A stretch of DNA of 64,000 nt from Nitrospiraceae bacterium (GTDB lineage Bacteria; Nitrospirota; Nitrospiria; Nitrospirales; Nitrospiraceae): contig JBFWWG010000004.1 of NCBI GenBank assembly GCA_050246315.1, positions 96,001-160,000 on the forward strand, in the 5' to 3' direction. Shown here in pieces: positions 56,181 through 64,000 of the stretch. Position 1 is the stretch's first letter. Each line of letters begins with the position of its first letter. The position numbers and the translations under genes were made by a program. Below the pieces are notes generated by a model, which was given only the letters and a program-made list of their open reading frames with translations, had not been told where the DNA came from and made no database searches.

Positions 56181-57247
56181 GATTGGAGTCCTCGCTGCCG
56201 AACCGAACGAAGCAGTGAAGCCAGCCGGCCTGCCTCGTGGTACCACTGGAGTGTGGCGGCCAGGCCACGGCGGAGCGACCATCGGCCGTAGAACCCGATC
56301 TCCCGCTTGAGTTTGTCATTGTCATAGAGACGGTGACAGCGGTCCGCCTCGCCCATCAACAGATAGGCAAAATCTGGCGCAACCGGCGCATGTGCCGAGT
56401 CGTCCGACAGCCCGGCCAAACGGGTGGCCAGCAGATCTCGCTGGCCCAGCAAGGCAGTGAGGTGATCGAGGTACTCTTCAACGGAAACCGGTGCGTCACC
56501 CGTCAGGTTATATAACCCGGTCAGTCGTGCCTCGACTGATCTCCAGACGCCCTCTACCAGATCGTCCACATAGAGCGGCTGGAAACGCCGGTGCCTGAGT
56601 CGAGGCCAGATCGGGTGGAAGGAGGTCACGCCCAACAGCGTCATCAAGGATGATTCCAACATCCATGCGCTGCCGGGCCCATAGATATTGCCGATTCTCA
56701 AGACGAGAGCCTCCCGCCCAGGTTGCTTTCCCCAGACGGTGACCAAATCTTCGGCTGCCTGTTTCGATCGCCCGTAGGCCGACACTGGACGACAGGGGAC
56801 TTCCTCCTTGAGCGGACCCTGTTGATCGGAGGTCAAGCCTTGCGCTTCGATGCTGCTCGCATAGACGAAATACGGCACACCGAGCGCCGTGGCGAGATCG
56901 AGCGCCCGCTGCGACCCATTCACATTGCTAGTCTGGAGCGTCGAAGCATGCAAGGCGGTCTCGGCCGCAAAGTGCACCATGAAATCCGGCCGGCCGAGCT
57001 TGGCCAGGTGGGCTGTCTTGGATGGATCGATTGGATCAATCGGATCATCCGGACTCCCGAGATCGCAGGAAACGATCAGCGCCCCTCGGGATGACAGATC
57101 TCTGGCCGATGGTGTCTCGGTCCGTCTGGCCAACACGGTCACGCGAGAACCGGCGTCCAACAACTTGCGAGCCAGGTGCGAGCCCAAGAATCCCGTGCCG
57201 CCCGTCAGAAGGACATTCCATGGTTTCTGTCGCCGGATTGGCTCCAT
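56165..57247 (-). CDS. NAD-dependent epimerase/dehydratase
   Basis: TGGTGFLGS, YGRSK, LRIGNIYGPG. Confidence 0.92.
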   Translation of the reverse strand: MEPIRRQKPWNVLLTGGTGFLGSHLARKLLDAGSRVTVLARRTETPSARDLSSRGALIVSCDLGSPDDPIDPIDPSKTAHLAKLGRPDFMVHFAAETALHASTLQTSNVNGSQRALDLATALGVPYFVYASSIEAQGLTSDQQGPLKEEVPCRPVSAYGRSKQAAEDLVTVWGKQPGREALVLRIGNIYGPGSAWMLESSLMTLLGVTSFHPIWPRLRHRRFQPLYVDDLVEGVWRSVEARLTGLYNLTGDAPVSVEEYLDHLTALLGQRDLLATRLAGLSDDSAHAPVAPDFAYLLMGEADRCHRLYDNDKLKREIGFYGRWSLRRGLAATLQWYHEAGRLASLLRSVRQRGLQSCTSH

Positions 57248-57457
57248 GCACGCTCCTTCGTTCTCGAAACGCCAGCCTTGAAGGAGAGCAAACCTTAGAC
57301 CACGAGGGCCGGCACTTCGGGCTCCCTATATTTCAACCGGTTATCAACGGCGATCGGAGGGCCTGGCTCTGCTGAAGAAAGCGGGGAGGAAAAAACTTCC
57401 TGGATCAGAGCGGCAAGAACGGACCCGGTCGTTTTGGGTGGCTTCCTACGAAGCGAC

Positions 57458-58849
57458 CTACGCTGCCGCTTCGAGCACGGCGTTCGGCATCACACCAAGC
57501 CGGCCTGCGTCGAGCACCTCCGTGATGCGCTTGATGGGCTTCGTGGCCTGCATCGAGAGATCCAGCGTCTGGGGCGCCACGTTCGGACCCGCAGTCGATT
57601 CCCGGATAACGACCACGACCGGGTTCAAGGTCTGCGCCTGATTCATCCGCGAGACAATGGCGACTTCGCCGGTGTTGAGCTGAACACACGACCCCACGGG
57701 ATAGATGCCGATGCACCGGATCAATCGTTCCACAAAGGCCGCATCCAACAGACCTCGGCGCGTCATGTCATAGAGCATCTGGAGCGCGTGATGCGGGGTC
57801 ACAGCTTTTCGATACGGGCGATCGCTTGTCAGTGCATCGTAGACATCCACAACCCCGGCGATCATCCCGAATTCCGAAAGCTGATGCCGCTTCCTGCCAT
57901 AGGGATACCCCGAGCCGTCAAGACGTTCATGATGTTCCAGAACGGGAAGCAGGACCGGTGGTTCGACCCTCACCGTTTCGCTCAAGTATTCAGCCCCCTG
58001 CTCCACATGTCGTTTCACCTGCGCAAAATCGTCCTCCTCCAATCGGCCGGCTCGATTTAGCACCTCAACGGGCAACTGCATTTTCCCGATGTCATGCAGC
58101 AACATGCCGAACGCGAGTCGCTGGAGGTCGTCGCGATTCATGCGCAGATTCCGGCCCACGGCCAAGGCCAGGACACACGTGTTGACCGAATGGTAATAGG
58201 TGTACTCGTCGAAACTCTTCAGTCGTACCAAGCTCGTCAGCGCGTCCGGATTTCGAAGGACACTCCCGACCAGCACATCCACAGCCGTGACCACGGCCTC
58301 GGAATTGAAGGCGCGTCCCATCTTCGCATCGGCCATAGCCTGCTGAACCATCTGCTTTGTTTGTTGATAGCCGGCCTTCGCAACCTCCAGTTCCTGTTCA
58401 AACGGGCTGGGTGTCAGATCGAACGCCTCGCCTGGTCGAACGGCAATTGTTGCCTCCGGGTCGGAGTCGGTGACGGCGGCAGCACCAGCTCTACCAGGAG
58501 ATACAACGGATCCTGCGACTGTCATCGTTCTCCCAGAGGCAGGCGGCGATGCCGGTCCGTTCCAGTGAGCACGTTGCGAAACCGGGTTATTCGATTGGGT
58601 TTCAATGGGAATACCCTGCGACTCATCGCATTGTGGCACAGCCTCTGGCGACGAAGCGGCCTTCTTGTCCTCGGTTCCTTCGATTTCAATTTCGACGATT
58701 TTGACTCCGCAGGCCCTGACCATCTCCACATCCGCCTGTGTCGTCATTCTCATTCGATGGGAAACAAATGGGGTGGCATACCATGGCTTGTCCAGACTCG
58801 TGACCAACATACCGACTGACAGTTTCGTAACAGGGATTTTTGTCCTCAT
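57458..58849 (-). CDS. HD-GYP phosphodiesterase with DUF3391-like N-terminus
   Basis: LSVGMLV...W..TPF; YTYYHSVN; LHDIGK; HHERLDGSGYP; DRPYR. Confidence 0.93.
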   Translation of the reverse strand: MRTKIPVTKLSVGMLVTSLDKPWYATPFVSHRMRMTTQADVEMVRACGVKIVEIEIEGTEDKKAASSPEAVPQCDESQGIPIETQSNNPVSQRAHWNGPASPPASGRTMTVAGSVVSPGRAGAAAVTDSDPEATIAVRPGEAFDLTPSPFEQELEVAKAGYQQTKQMVQQAMADAKMGRAFNSEAVVTAVDVLVGSVLRNPDALTSLVRLKSFDEYTYYHSVNTCVLALAVGRNLRMNRDDLQRLAFGMLLHDIGKMQLPVEVLNRAGRLEEDDFAQVKRHVEQGAEYLSETVRVEPPVLLPVLEHHERLDGSGYPYGRKRHQLSEFGMIAGVVDVYDALTSDRPYRKAVTPHHALQMLYDMTRRGLLDAAFVERLIRCIGIYPVGSCVQLNTGEVAIVSRMNQAQTLNPVVVVIRESTAGPNVAPQTLDLSMQATKPIKRITEVLDAGRLGVMPNAVLEAAA

Positions 58850-58942
58850 CCTTCATCCTTTACATGAATGATGAATGACCTGATCTCGCATAAGTGAGCG
58901 GGGCTCCACAGTGATGTGCGAGCAAGATATCCACCCGCTTCT

Positions 58943-58970
58943 CTATCGGTCGGGCCGGTTGCAGGCTTGA
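58943..58970 (-). promoter_or_regulatory. sigma28-like promoter TCAA-N16-ACCGATAG upstream of the HD-GYP gene
   Basis: Same architecture as the other flagellar promoters; lies in the 3' end of fliW. Confidence 0.65.
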
Positions 58971-59470
58971 GTGAAGCCCCGTGGTCCGGAGAGGTCAACC
59001 GGCGCGCAGACATGGCCCGGCTCCCTCGGCTTGATCGACGGCTGCGACCACACCGGAAACCTGGTTGGAAGATCGTCAGGGAGAATCAATTGCTTGGCGA
59101 AACGGGTGCGCTCATTCACGATGACGGGGCCGCGAAGATTAGCGGTGATGCCATGCGGATCCGCACCCCGAAGCGTCAGGATCACGAAGACGACGGCATC
59201 GGAGAGAGTCTGCAGTTCAAGCTCAGCGAGTTCCTGGGGTTGCAACATCACACGGTATTCGCAGGAAAGATCGCCGGGGTCCATGATTACAAAAGCTAAC
59301 GCCGGGTCATCGACGGCTTGCAGCCACTTGAATAGAGCCGGCCGATCATGGTCCAGAATTACGAACCGAGTGGCGTGCGGAAACCCGACGATGCCAGACG
59401 GCATCGTCAACAGAGTCCGCTCGTCAACCGCGATAGCGCCGAAACGGTCTGTCGTCACACGAATCGACAT
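58943..59470 (-). CDS. fliW: Flagellar assembly factor FliW
   Basis: TDRFG, GIVGF, WLQAVDDPALAF, TANLRGPVIVN. Confidence 0.93.
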   Translation of the reverse strand: MSIRVTTDRFGAIAVDERTLLTMPSGIVGFPHATRFVILDHDRPALFKWLQAVDDPALAFVIMDPGDLSCEYRVMLQPQELAELELQTLSDAVVFVILTLRGADPHGITANLRGPVIVNERTRFAKQLILPDDLPTRFPVWSQPSIKPREPGHVCAPVDLSGPRGFTQACNRPDR

Positions 59471-59756
59471 TGGAAGATCCTTCTCCAGTCTGAGCAGGCG
59501 TGGCCATCCCGACCTGCGTCCGACGCGACCGCGGAGGCGTCAGTCGTTCAAGCTCAACGGTGCTCAATGGATCGGCGGACGCGGCAAGACGGTTCTGCTC
59601 TCGAATGCGCGCATACACTTCATCTCTGTGCACTTCGACCGAACGCGGGGCATCGATCCCTAGACGCACGATGCCTCCCTTCACCTGAAGCACCACCACC
59701 CGGATGTCCGAGCCGATCGTGATTGCTTCCCCCGTCTTGCGCGTCAGTGCCAACAC
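59424..59756 (-). CDS. csrA: Carbon storage regulator CsrA (extended C-terminus)
   Basis: MLALTRKTGEAITIG...VRLGIDAP...VHRDEVY. Confidence 0.93.
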   Translation of the reverse strand: MLALTRKTGEAITIGSDIRVVVLQVKGGIVRLGIDAPRSVEVHRDEVYARIREQNRLAASADPLSTVELERLTPPRSRRTQVGMATPAQTGEGSSNVDSCDDRPFRRYRG

Positions 59757-59796
59757 CGTCGCCGTCCTTGGATCAACTTCAACCGTCTGGGGAACC

Positions 59797-59824
59797 CTAT
59801 CGGTTGGCTGAAGGCTTGACTTAA
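59797..59824 (-). promoter_or_regulatory. sigma28-like promoter TTAA-N16-ACCGATAG upstream of csrA
   Basis: Matches the local flagellar promoter consensus. Confidence 0.65.
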
Positions 59825-59836
59825 CTCGTTTGGATT

Positions 59837-60727
59837 CTATCGGAGGAAATTCAACAGACTGGTACTGAACATGCGACTCAGTGTGGCGTTGGCCGCTTCC
59901 ATGGCCAGCTCGTTGCGGCTGAGATCCGAAATCGCTTTAGCGAGATCGGTATCTTCACGATCGGAGATCGCCCGGGTGACGAGTTCGGTCGCGCGCGCCA
60001 GCCATTCTCCGACGACATCCATTCGATTCACAAGCGCTCCAATTTCTCCCTGGGCATTGTTCACTTGTGCCATCGCTTGATCCAGGTTGCCGATTCCCGC
60101 CTCAATTCCCGCCTGGTTGTTGCCTTCCATGGCCGCAAGGAGGTCCCGCAGAGAGTTGAACAAATTGGTCGTAGGCCCGGAGAAGATTTGGCTACCGGGG
60201 ATAGTGTCATCGATCGTCTGGCTCTCCCCAACCTCGATAGCATGTCGCTCGCCATTGCCCTGATAGACAACATTGTCGCCGGTCGTCACCGCATAGGGCA
60301 CGGCATCGGTATCGGTGCCAGCGAAAATCGCCTGGCCATCCAACTCGCTATTGGCCAACTGTAACAAGTGACGATGTAACTGTCTGACCTCCTGAGCGAT
60401 CGTCGCACGTTGTTCCGCGGAAGTCGTACCGCTCGCCGCCTGGATGGTGAGTTCCTTCACGCGGGTCAACACCGTCGTGACTTGCGTCAATGTTGCGTCG
60501 GAGAGTTCCAGGCGCTGCCTGCCGAAGTTGATATTCCGGCTCCACTGTTCGTTGCGGGACAACTCCGTGCGACCGGCCAAGACCTGATTGAACGAACTCG
60601 GATCATCCGACGGTTTGAGCAGGCGCTTTTGGGAAGAAATCTGCTCCTGTGCAGACAGGATACGCCATCGGGTGCGCTGCATGTTTCCGAACAACGTATT
60701 GAACACCTGGTTATCCGCAACTCTCAT
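59837..60727 (-). CDS. flgL: Hook-filament junction protein FlgL
   Basis: QISSQKRLLKPSDDP, LANS...IFAG; follows flgK. Confidence 0.92.
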   Translation of the reverse strand: MRVADNQVFNTLFGNMQRTRWRILSAQEQISSQKRLLKPSDDPSSFNQVLAGRTELSRNEQWSRNINFGRQRLELSDATLTQVTTVLTRVKELTIQAASGTTSAEQRATIAQEVRQLHRHLLQLANSELDGQAIFAGTDTDAVPYAVTTGDNVVYQGNGERHAIEVGESQTIDDTIPGSQIFSGPTTNLFNSLRDLLAAMEGNNQAGIEAGIGNLDQAMAQVNNAQGEIGALVNRMDVVGEWLARATELVTRAISDREDTDLAKAISDLSRNELAMEAANATLSRMFSTSLLNFLR

Positions 60728-60767
60728 GAGATTCCTCGCAGTGAACTGCCCTTCACTCACCCACCGA

Positions 60768-62162
60768 TCAGCGCTTTAATGTGAGCAACGTCTGCAACAT
60801 TTCATCGGCCACAATGATGACACGGGAGGCGGCCTGAAAGGCGCGTTGCGACTGCATCATCTGCACCAGTTCTTCATCGACGGACACACCGGAAATTTCT
60901 GCGCGCCTCGCCTCCAGATGTTCGTGAATGATTTCCTGTGCGTCGAAGTCACGTTGGGCCGCCTGTGTTTTTGTTCCGATAGTTGTGACTATAGAATTGA
61001 AGTATTGATTGAAGTTCAGTCCACCCAAAGATGCGACAGTTTGGCTCTGAAGAGCTGAGACCGCAATTGCATTCGCGTTGTTCCCGGGAACCCCGGCCGC
61101 AGTGCTCGACGCCGCAACCGTTCGCCCGTCCGTCAGCGCCACGGCCATCGTCCTGGCCGTCACTCCTCCTGCGAGAAAAAAGTCCTGTCCCGTGGACCCG
61201 TCAAGTCCGAATCCCGAGCGATGCTGCAGATTGATCCCGGCCACCATCGCGGCAGCCAAGCTATCCAAGGAACCTTGTGCCGTCGGAATCTGCTGATCGC
61301 GCACATCGAGGATCGCCTTGAGGCGCCCGCCCCCGGTTGACGACGTGAGATCGACGGAGGCTCCGCCGCCGCCGTTGTACCGGACGTCCAGCAATCCGCT
61401 GTTCCCCGAGTCGGGCACTCCCACCAATTGGTAAGCCCGCCCCCTCTCCACCAACTGGTGGCCTTTCCCCACGAACACGGTAACCTGCCCAGTACTGTCC
61501 TCGATGGTCGAAATCTCGATCTGTTCCGAGAGGGCCCCGAGTAGCTGTCGCCGTTGATCGCGGAGATCGTTGGCCTGTTGCCCTCGACTTTCCGCGAGGC
61601 TGATCTCCTGATTGAGGTCGGCAATTTTCACGGAGAGGGCATTACTGTCCGCGATCGTCTGGCCGACCTCTGCATCGATCCCTTGGCGCTGGCGATCGAG
61701 GTCCGCCGTAGTCCGGTTGAATAGCTGAGCCAACGACGTGGCCCGGCTAAGCAACACAGTCCTGGTCGTGAGATCGGCAGGGTTGGTCGAGACATCCTGC
61801 CAGGCCTGGAAGAACTCATTGATGGTAGCGCCCAACCCCTGTTCGCCGGAGGTCCCCATACTGTCCTGGACGCGCAGCAGCCAACCGCGAGCGGCATCGA
61901 ATGTACCAAGCGCGCTACCAGACCGCAGCAATGAGTCCTCCACCACTCGGTCGACCTGCTGGCGAATCTCCGCGACCTGGACGCCGGACCCCACCTGCCC
62001 CGGCTGATCATTGAGTGGACGATTTTCCTGGAGGATCGGTTCTTGCCGGCTGTATCCGGGCGTGTTCACATTGGCGATATTGTGCCCGGTGACCATCGTT
62101 CTGCGCTGGGCGGCGGAGAGCGCGCTCTTCCCAATGTCGAACAGGTTCGTCAAGTTCATCAT
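60768..62162 (-). CDS. flgK: Hook-associated protein FlgK
   Basis: GHNIANVNTPGYSRQ, ANDLRDQR, SGVSVDEE; start at MMNL, coupled to the flgN stop. Confidence 0.95.
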   Translation of the reverse strand: MMNLTNLFDIGKSALSAAQRRTMVTGHNIANVNTPGYSRQEPILQENRPLNDQPGQVGSGVQVAEIRQQVDRVVEDSLLRSGSALGTFDAARGWLLRVQDSMGTSGEQGLGATINEFFQAWQDVSTNPADLTTRTVLLSRATSLAQLFNRTTADLDRQRQGIDAEVGQTIADSNALSVKIADLNQEISLAESRGQQANDLRDQRRQLLGALSEQIEISTIEDSTGQVTVFVGKGHQLVERGRAYQLVGVPDSGNSGLLDVRYNGGGGASVDLTSSTGGGRLKAILDVRDQQIPTAQGSLDSLAAAMVAGINLQHRSGFGLDGSTGQDFFLAGGVTARTMAVALTDGRTVAASSTAAGVPGNNANAIAVSALQSQTVASLGGLNFNQYFNSIVTTIGTKTQAAQRDFDAQEIIHEHLEARRAEISGVSVDEELVQMMQSQRAFQAASRVIIVADEMLQTLLTLKR

Positions 62163-62671
62163 TAACCTCTGTGCGCGACGCGAGCTCCAGCAACCGCCGG
62201 CGTCCTGATCCCGGAAGCCGAATAGAGCCCCTCGTCTCCGCGGACCTGCCACAATCGGAGGGTGTGTTCCGCATGCTCCTGCAAGCCGGCCAGAGCAAAC
62301 CGATTCACGGCCATCCCGCCCCGCACTTCTTCCACCAGACTCGTCAACCGCCGACCCGCCGCATGTAGGCGCTCTCCGAGCTCTCTGCCGACTCGCGCCG
62401 CCACCCCAGACAGGCCCTCTGGACCGATCGCCCCTCTCCCATCCTGGCCCCTCCCCTCCAAACACTGAGCGCGTCTGATCTCCAGTTGTTCGAGCTGATG
62501 GATTGAATGGAACCGGCGTTGTGCGATGCGGTCCAACGAGAGGATTGAACATTGCCCCAAGGCATGTCGCTCTTCTTGTACAAGATCAGCCAGCACTTCA
62601 AGCTCAGCGATCTCTTGATCTAGCAGGCCGAGCAGCATGGTCACGGACTCCGTTACCGAGGAGTAGGACAT
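62162..62671 (-). CDS. flgN: Flagellar export chaperone FlgN
   Basis: Coiled-coil protein between flgM and flgK; C-terminal LYSASG. Confidence 0.8.
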   Translation of the reverse strand: MSYSSVTESVTMLLGLLDQEIAELEVLADLVQEERHALGQCSILSLDRIAQRRFHSIHQLEQLEIRRAQCLEGRGQDGRGAIGPEGLSGVAARVGRELGERLHAAGRRLTSLVEEVRGGMAVNRFALAGLQEHAEHTLRLWQVRGDEGLYSASGIRTPAVAGARVAHRG

Positions 62672-62710
62672 GGTTCACCCCACCCCAGTCATAGGACCGG
62701 GGACAACCAA

Positions 62711-63016
62711 TCAGAGGATACTGTCGATCAAGGTGTGTCGAATGAGACGATCTCCTACGGCTCGACCGCGGACGTCATAGGTTCCGGTATCGACCGCCTG
62801 TTTGAGTTCCGCGAGCCGTTGATCCCGAGCCGGATCGGCAGCACGTGTCAGCTCACCGACCTGTCGCATCTCTTTGGCCGCATGGGAAATTTCCACCCGG
62901 TCCGCTCCGGAGGGAACCGCCTTGAGAGTTTTGTCGGCGGTGGGTCGATCGGCTTCCTGCACGCCCAGCAGCAGCCTACCCAGATCGTCAATACGGCCAT
63001 GTCTGGAAATCTCCAT
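62711..63016 (-). CDS. flgM: Anti-sigma28 factor FlgM
   Basis: DRVEIS...RDQRLAELKQAVDTGTYDV. Confidence 0.9.
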   Translation of the reverse strand: MEISRHGRIDDLGRLLLGVQEADRPTADKTLKAVPSGADRVEISHAAKEMRQVGELTRAADPARDQRLAELKQAVDTGTYDVRGRAVGDRLIRHTLIDSIL

Positions 63017-63136
63017 GGCGTTCCTCCATCCCTGCCTTCGATTGATGATTCGGCCGCGCTCAGATTGTCCACGGCAACCGGAAAAGCCTCCTCACGTGCT
63101 TCTCCCCACCTTTTCTGTCTCAAGTTTCGCGAGAAG

Positions 63137-63595
63137 CTATCGTGCCTGCTTCTGCCTCAACGAGTGGAGATGGGCGTCCGCCCGCCCCGGCGGCGCTGGT
63201 CGCCCACTGTGTATATCGGCTGCGGCAACTCCAGACTTGAGCGGGCCTCCGGCCGGTTCCATAGAATTCGGCGGATCCAGTATCTGCTCCAGGGCTCGCG
63301 CCAATCCCAACCCTCCGGCTTCGGCAGCCCGCCTCCCAATCTCGGCATCGTACAAGGAATACCAGGTCTGGGCGGCCTTGCTTTCAAAGGGACCGGCCGG
63401 TATCGTCTGGCGCATGACCGTCAGGAGGTGTGAGATGAAATAGCCCTCGAATTGCTGGGCCGCTTCTTTGGGGCTGACCGAATTGGTGGATAACCGCGCC
63501 GCCAACTCGTCGCCCGCGATGGGACGAGAGGTCGGCATGAATCCCGAAGCGATTTCCCACGGATGACTCTGGAACCCGTCCAGGTTGACCTTCAT
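63137..63595 (-). CDS. flgJ: Rod-binding FlgJ (no muramidase domain)
   Basis: EAAQQFEGYFISHLLTVMRQT...GGLGLA; start uncertain. Confidence 0.8.
   Translation of the reverse strand: MKVNLDGFQSHPWEIASGFMPTSRPIAGDELAARLSTNSVSPKEAAQQFEGYFISHLLTVMRQTIPAGPFESKAAQTWYSLYDAEIGRRAAEAGGLGLARALEQILDPPNSMEPAGGPLKSGVAAADIHSGRPAPPGRADAHLHSLRQKQAR
63213..63240 (-). promoter_or_regulatory. sigma28-like promoter TCAA-N16-GCCGATAT upstream of flgM
   Basis: Inside the flgJ 3' end, about 200 nt before flgM. Confidence 0.65.
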
Positions 63596-63701
63596 ACCTA
63601 CCTTTAGTTGAACCGGCCGTCCTTTTGATTGCTCTTGACGGCCAGAGAAGACGCCTATCGAGATTCTCTTCCTGCTCTTGAACAGCTCCCTCGACCGCCC
63701 A

Positions 63702-64000
63702 TCAAATGATTTCAAGATTGGCTTGCAGCGCGCCGGCTGACTTCAGTGCGGACAAGATGGCGACCAAGTCCCGCGGCGTAACGCCGACCGCGTTCAGCGC
63801 CTGGACCACATCCCCCAATGTGACGGTCTCATCAATCACGACCAGTCTCGACTCCTGTTCCTTGATCTCGGTTTGGACATCGGGCGTCACAGTCGTCTGC
63901 CCCCCGGTTGACCCGACGATCGGCGCCGGCGGTTGTGAGACGTTTAACGTGTTCTTCACCGAAACGATCAGGTTGCCGTGGGAGATCGCACAGTTGGAGA
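63702..64000 (-). CDS. flgI: Flagellar P-ring protein (C-terminal part)
   Basis: AISHGNL...VSQP...LNAVGVTPRDLVAILSALKSAGALQANLEII. Confidence 0.95.
   Translation of the reverse strand, partial: SNCAISHGNLIVSVKNTLNVSQPPAPIVGSTGGQTTVTPDVQTEIKEQESRLVVIDETVTLGDVVQALNAVGVTPRDLVAILSALKSAGALQANLEII

Noticed and set aside
62163..62552. 130-codon N-terminal extension of the FlgK ORF
   Set aside because: Overlaps flgN in another frame; FlgK similarity begins at 62162. Similar spurious extensions were trimmed for motB, degQ, flgJ and the radical SAM gene.
1..64000. CRISPR arrays, tRNA/rRNA genes, intact transposases, luxI
   Set aside because: None recognised on reading; short RNAs could be missed without a covariance scan.

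Overview
GC-rich 64-kb chromosomal window, almost all minus-strand genes; gene content and style suggest Nitrospira/Nitrospirota (inference). Five blocks: (1) 1-9.3 kb, a periplasmic copper cluster with a 1623-aa MnxG-like multicopper oxidase, three cupredoxin-motif paralogues and a HEAT-repeat protein. (2) 9.7-19 kb, mixed genes: KimA-like permease, Ig/PKD protein, hairpin repeat, decayed PIN toxin-antitoxin pair, HExxH protein, RqcH, orphan Tat substrate-binding protein. (3) 19-27.5 kb, a degQ-tatC-mog-mrp-moeA-mobB-hexaheme cytochrome c-ABC exporter cluster. (4) 27.9-38.7 kb, a signalling island: LuxR solo, nitroreductase-like gene behind a 20-bp lux-box-like palindrome, FabF-like ketosynthase with an altered catalytic His, ~8-PAS/GAF kinase, sigma54 activator and NarL-type regulator. 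This is the best candidate for an undescribed non-AHL quorum-sensing system. (5) 39-64 kb, late flagellar genes (flgI to motB) with sigma28 promoters, CsrA/FliW and a 12-kb glycosylation island with two cobalamin-dependent radical SAM enzymes. No rRNA, tRNA, CRISPR array or intact transposase was seen. All calls come from reading motifs by eye, without database searches.
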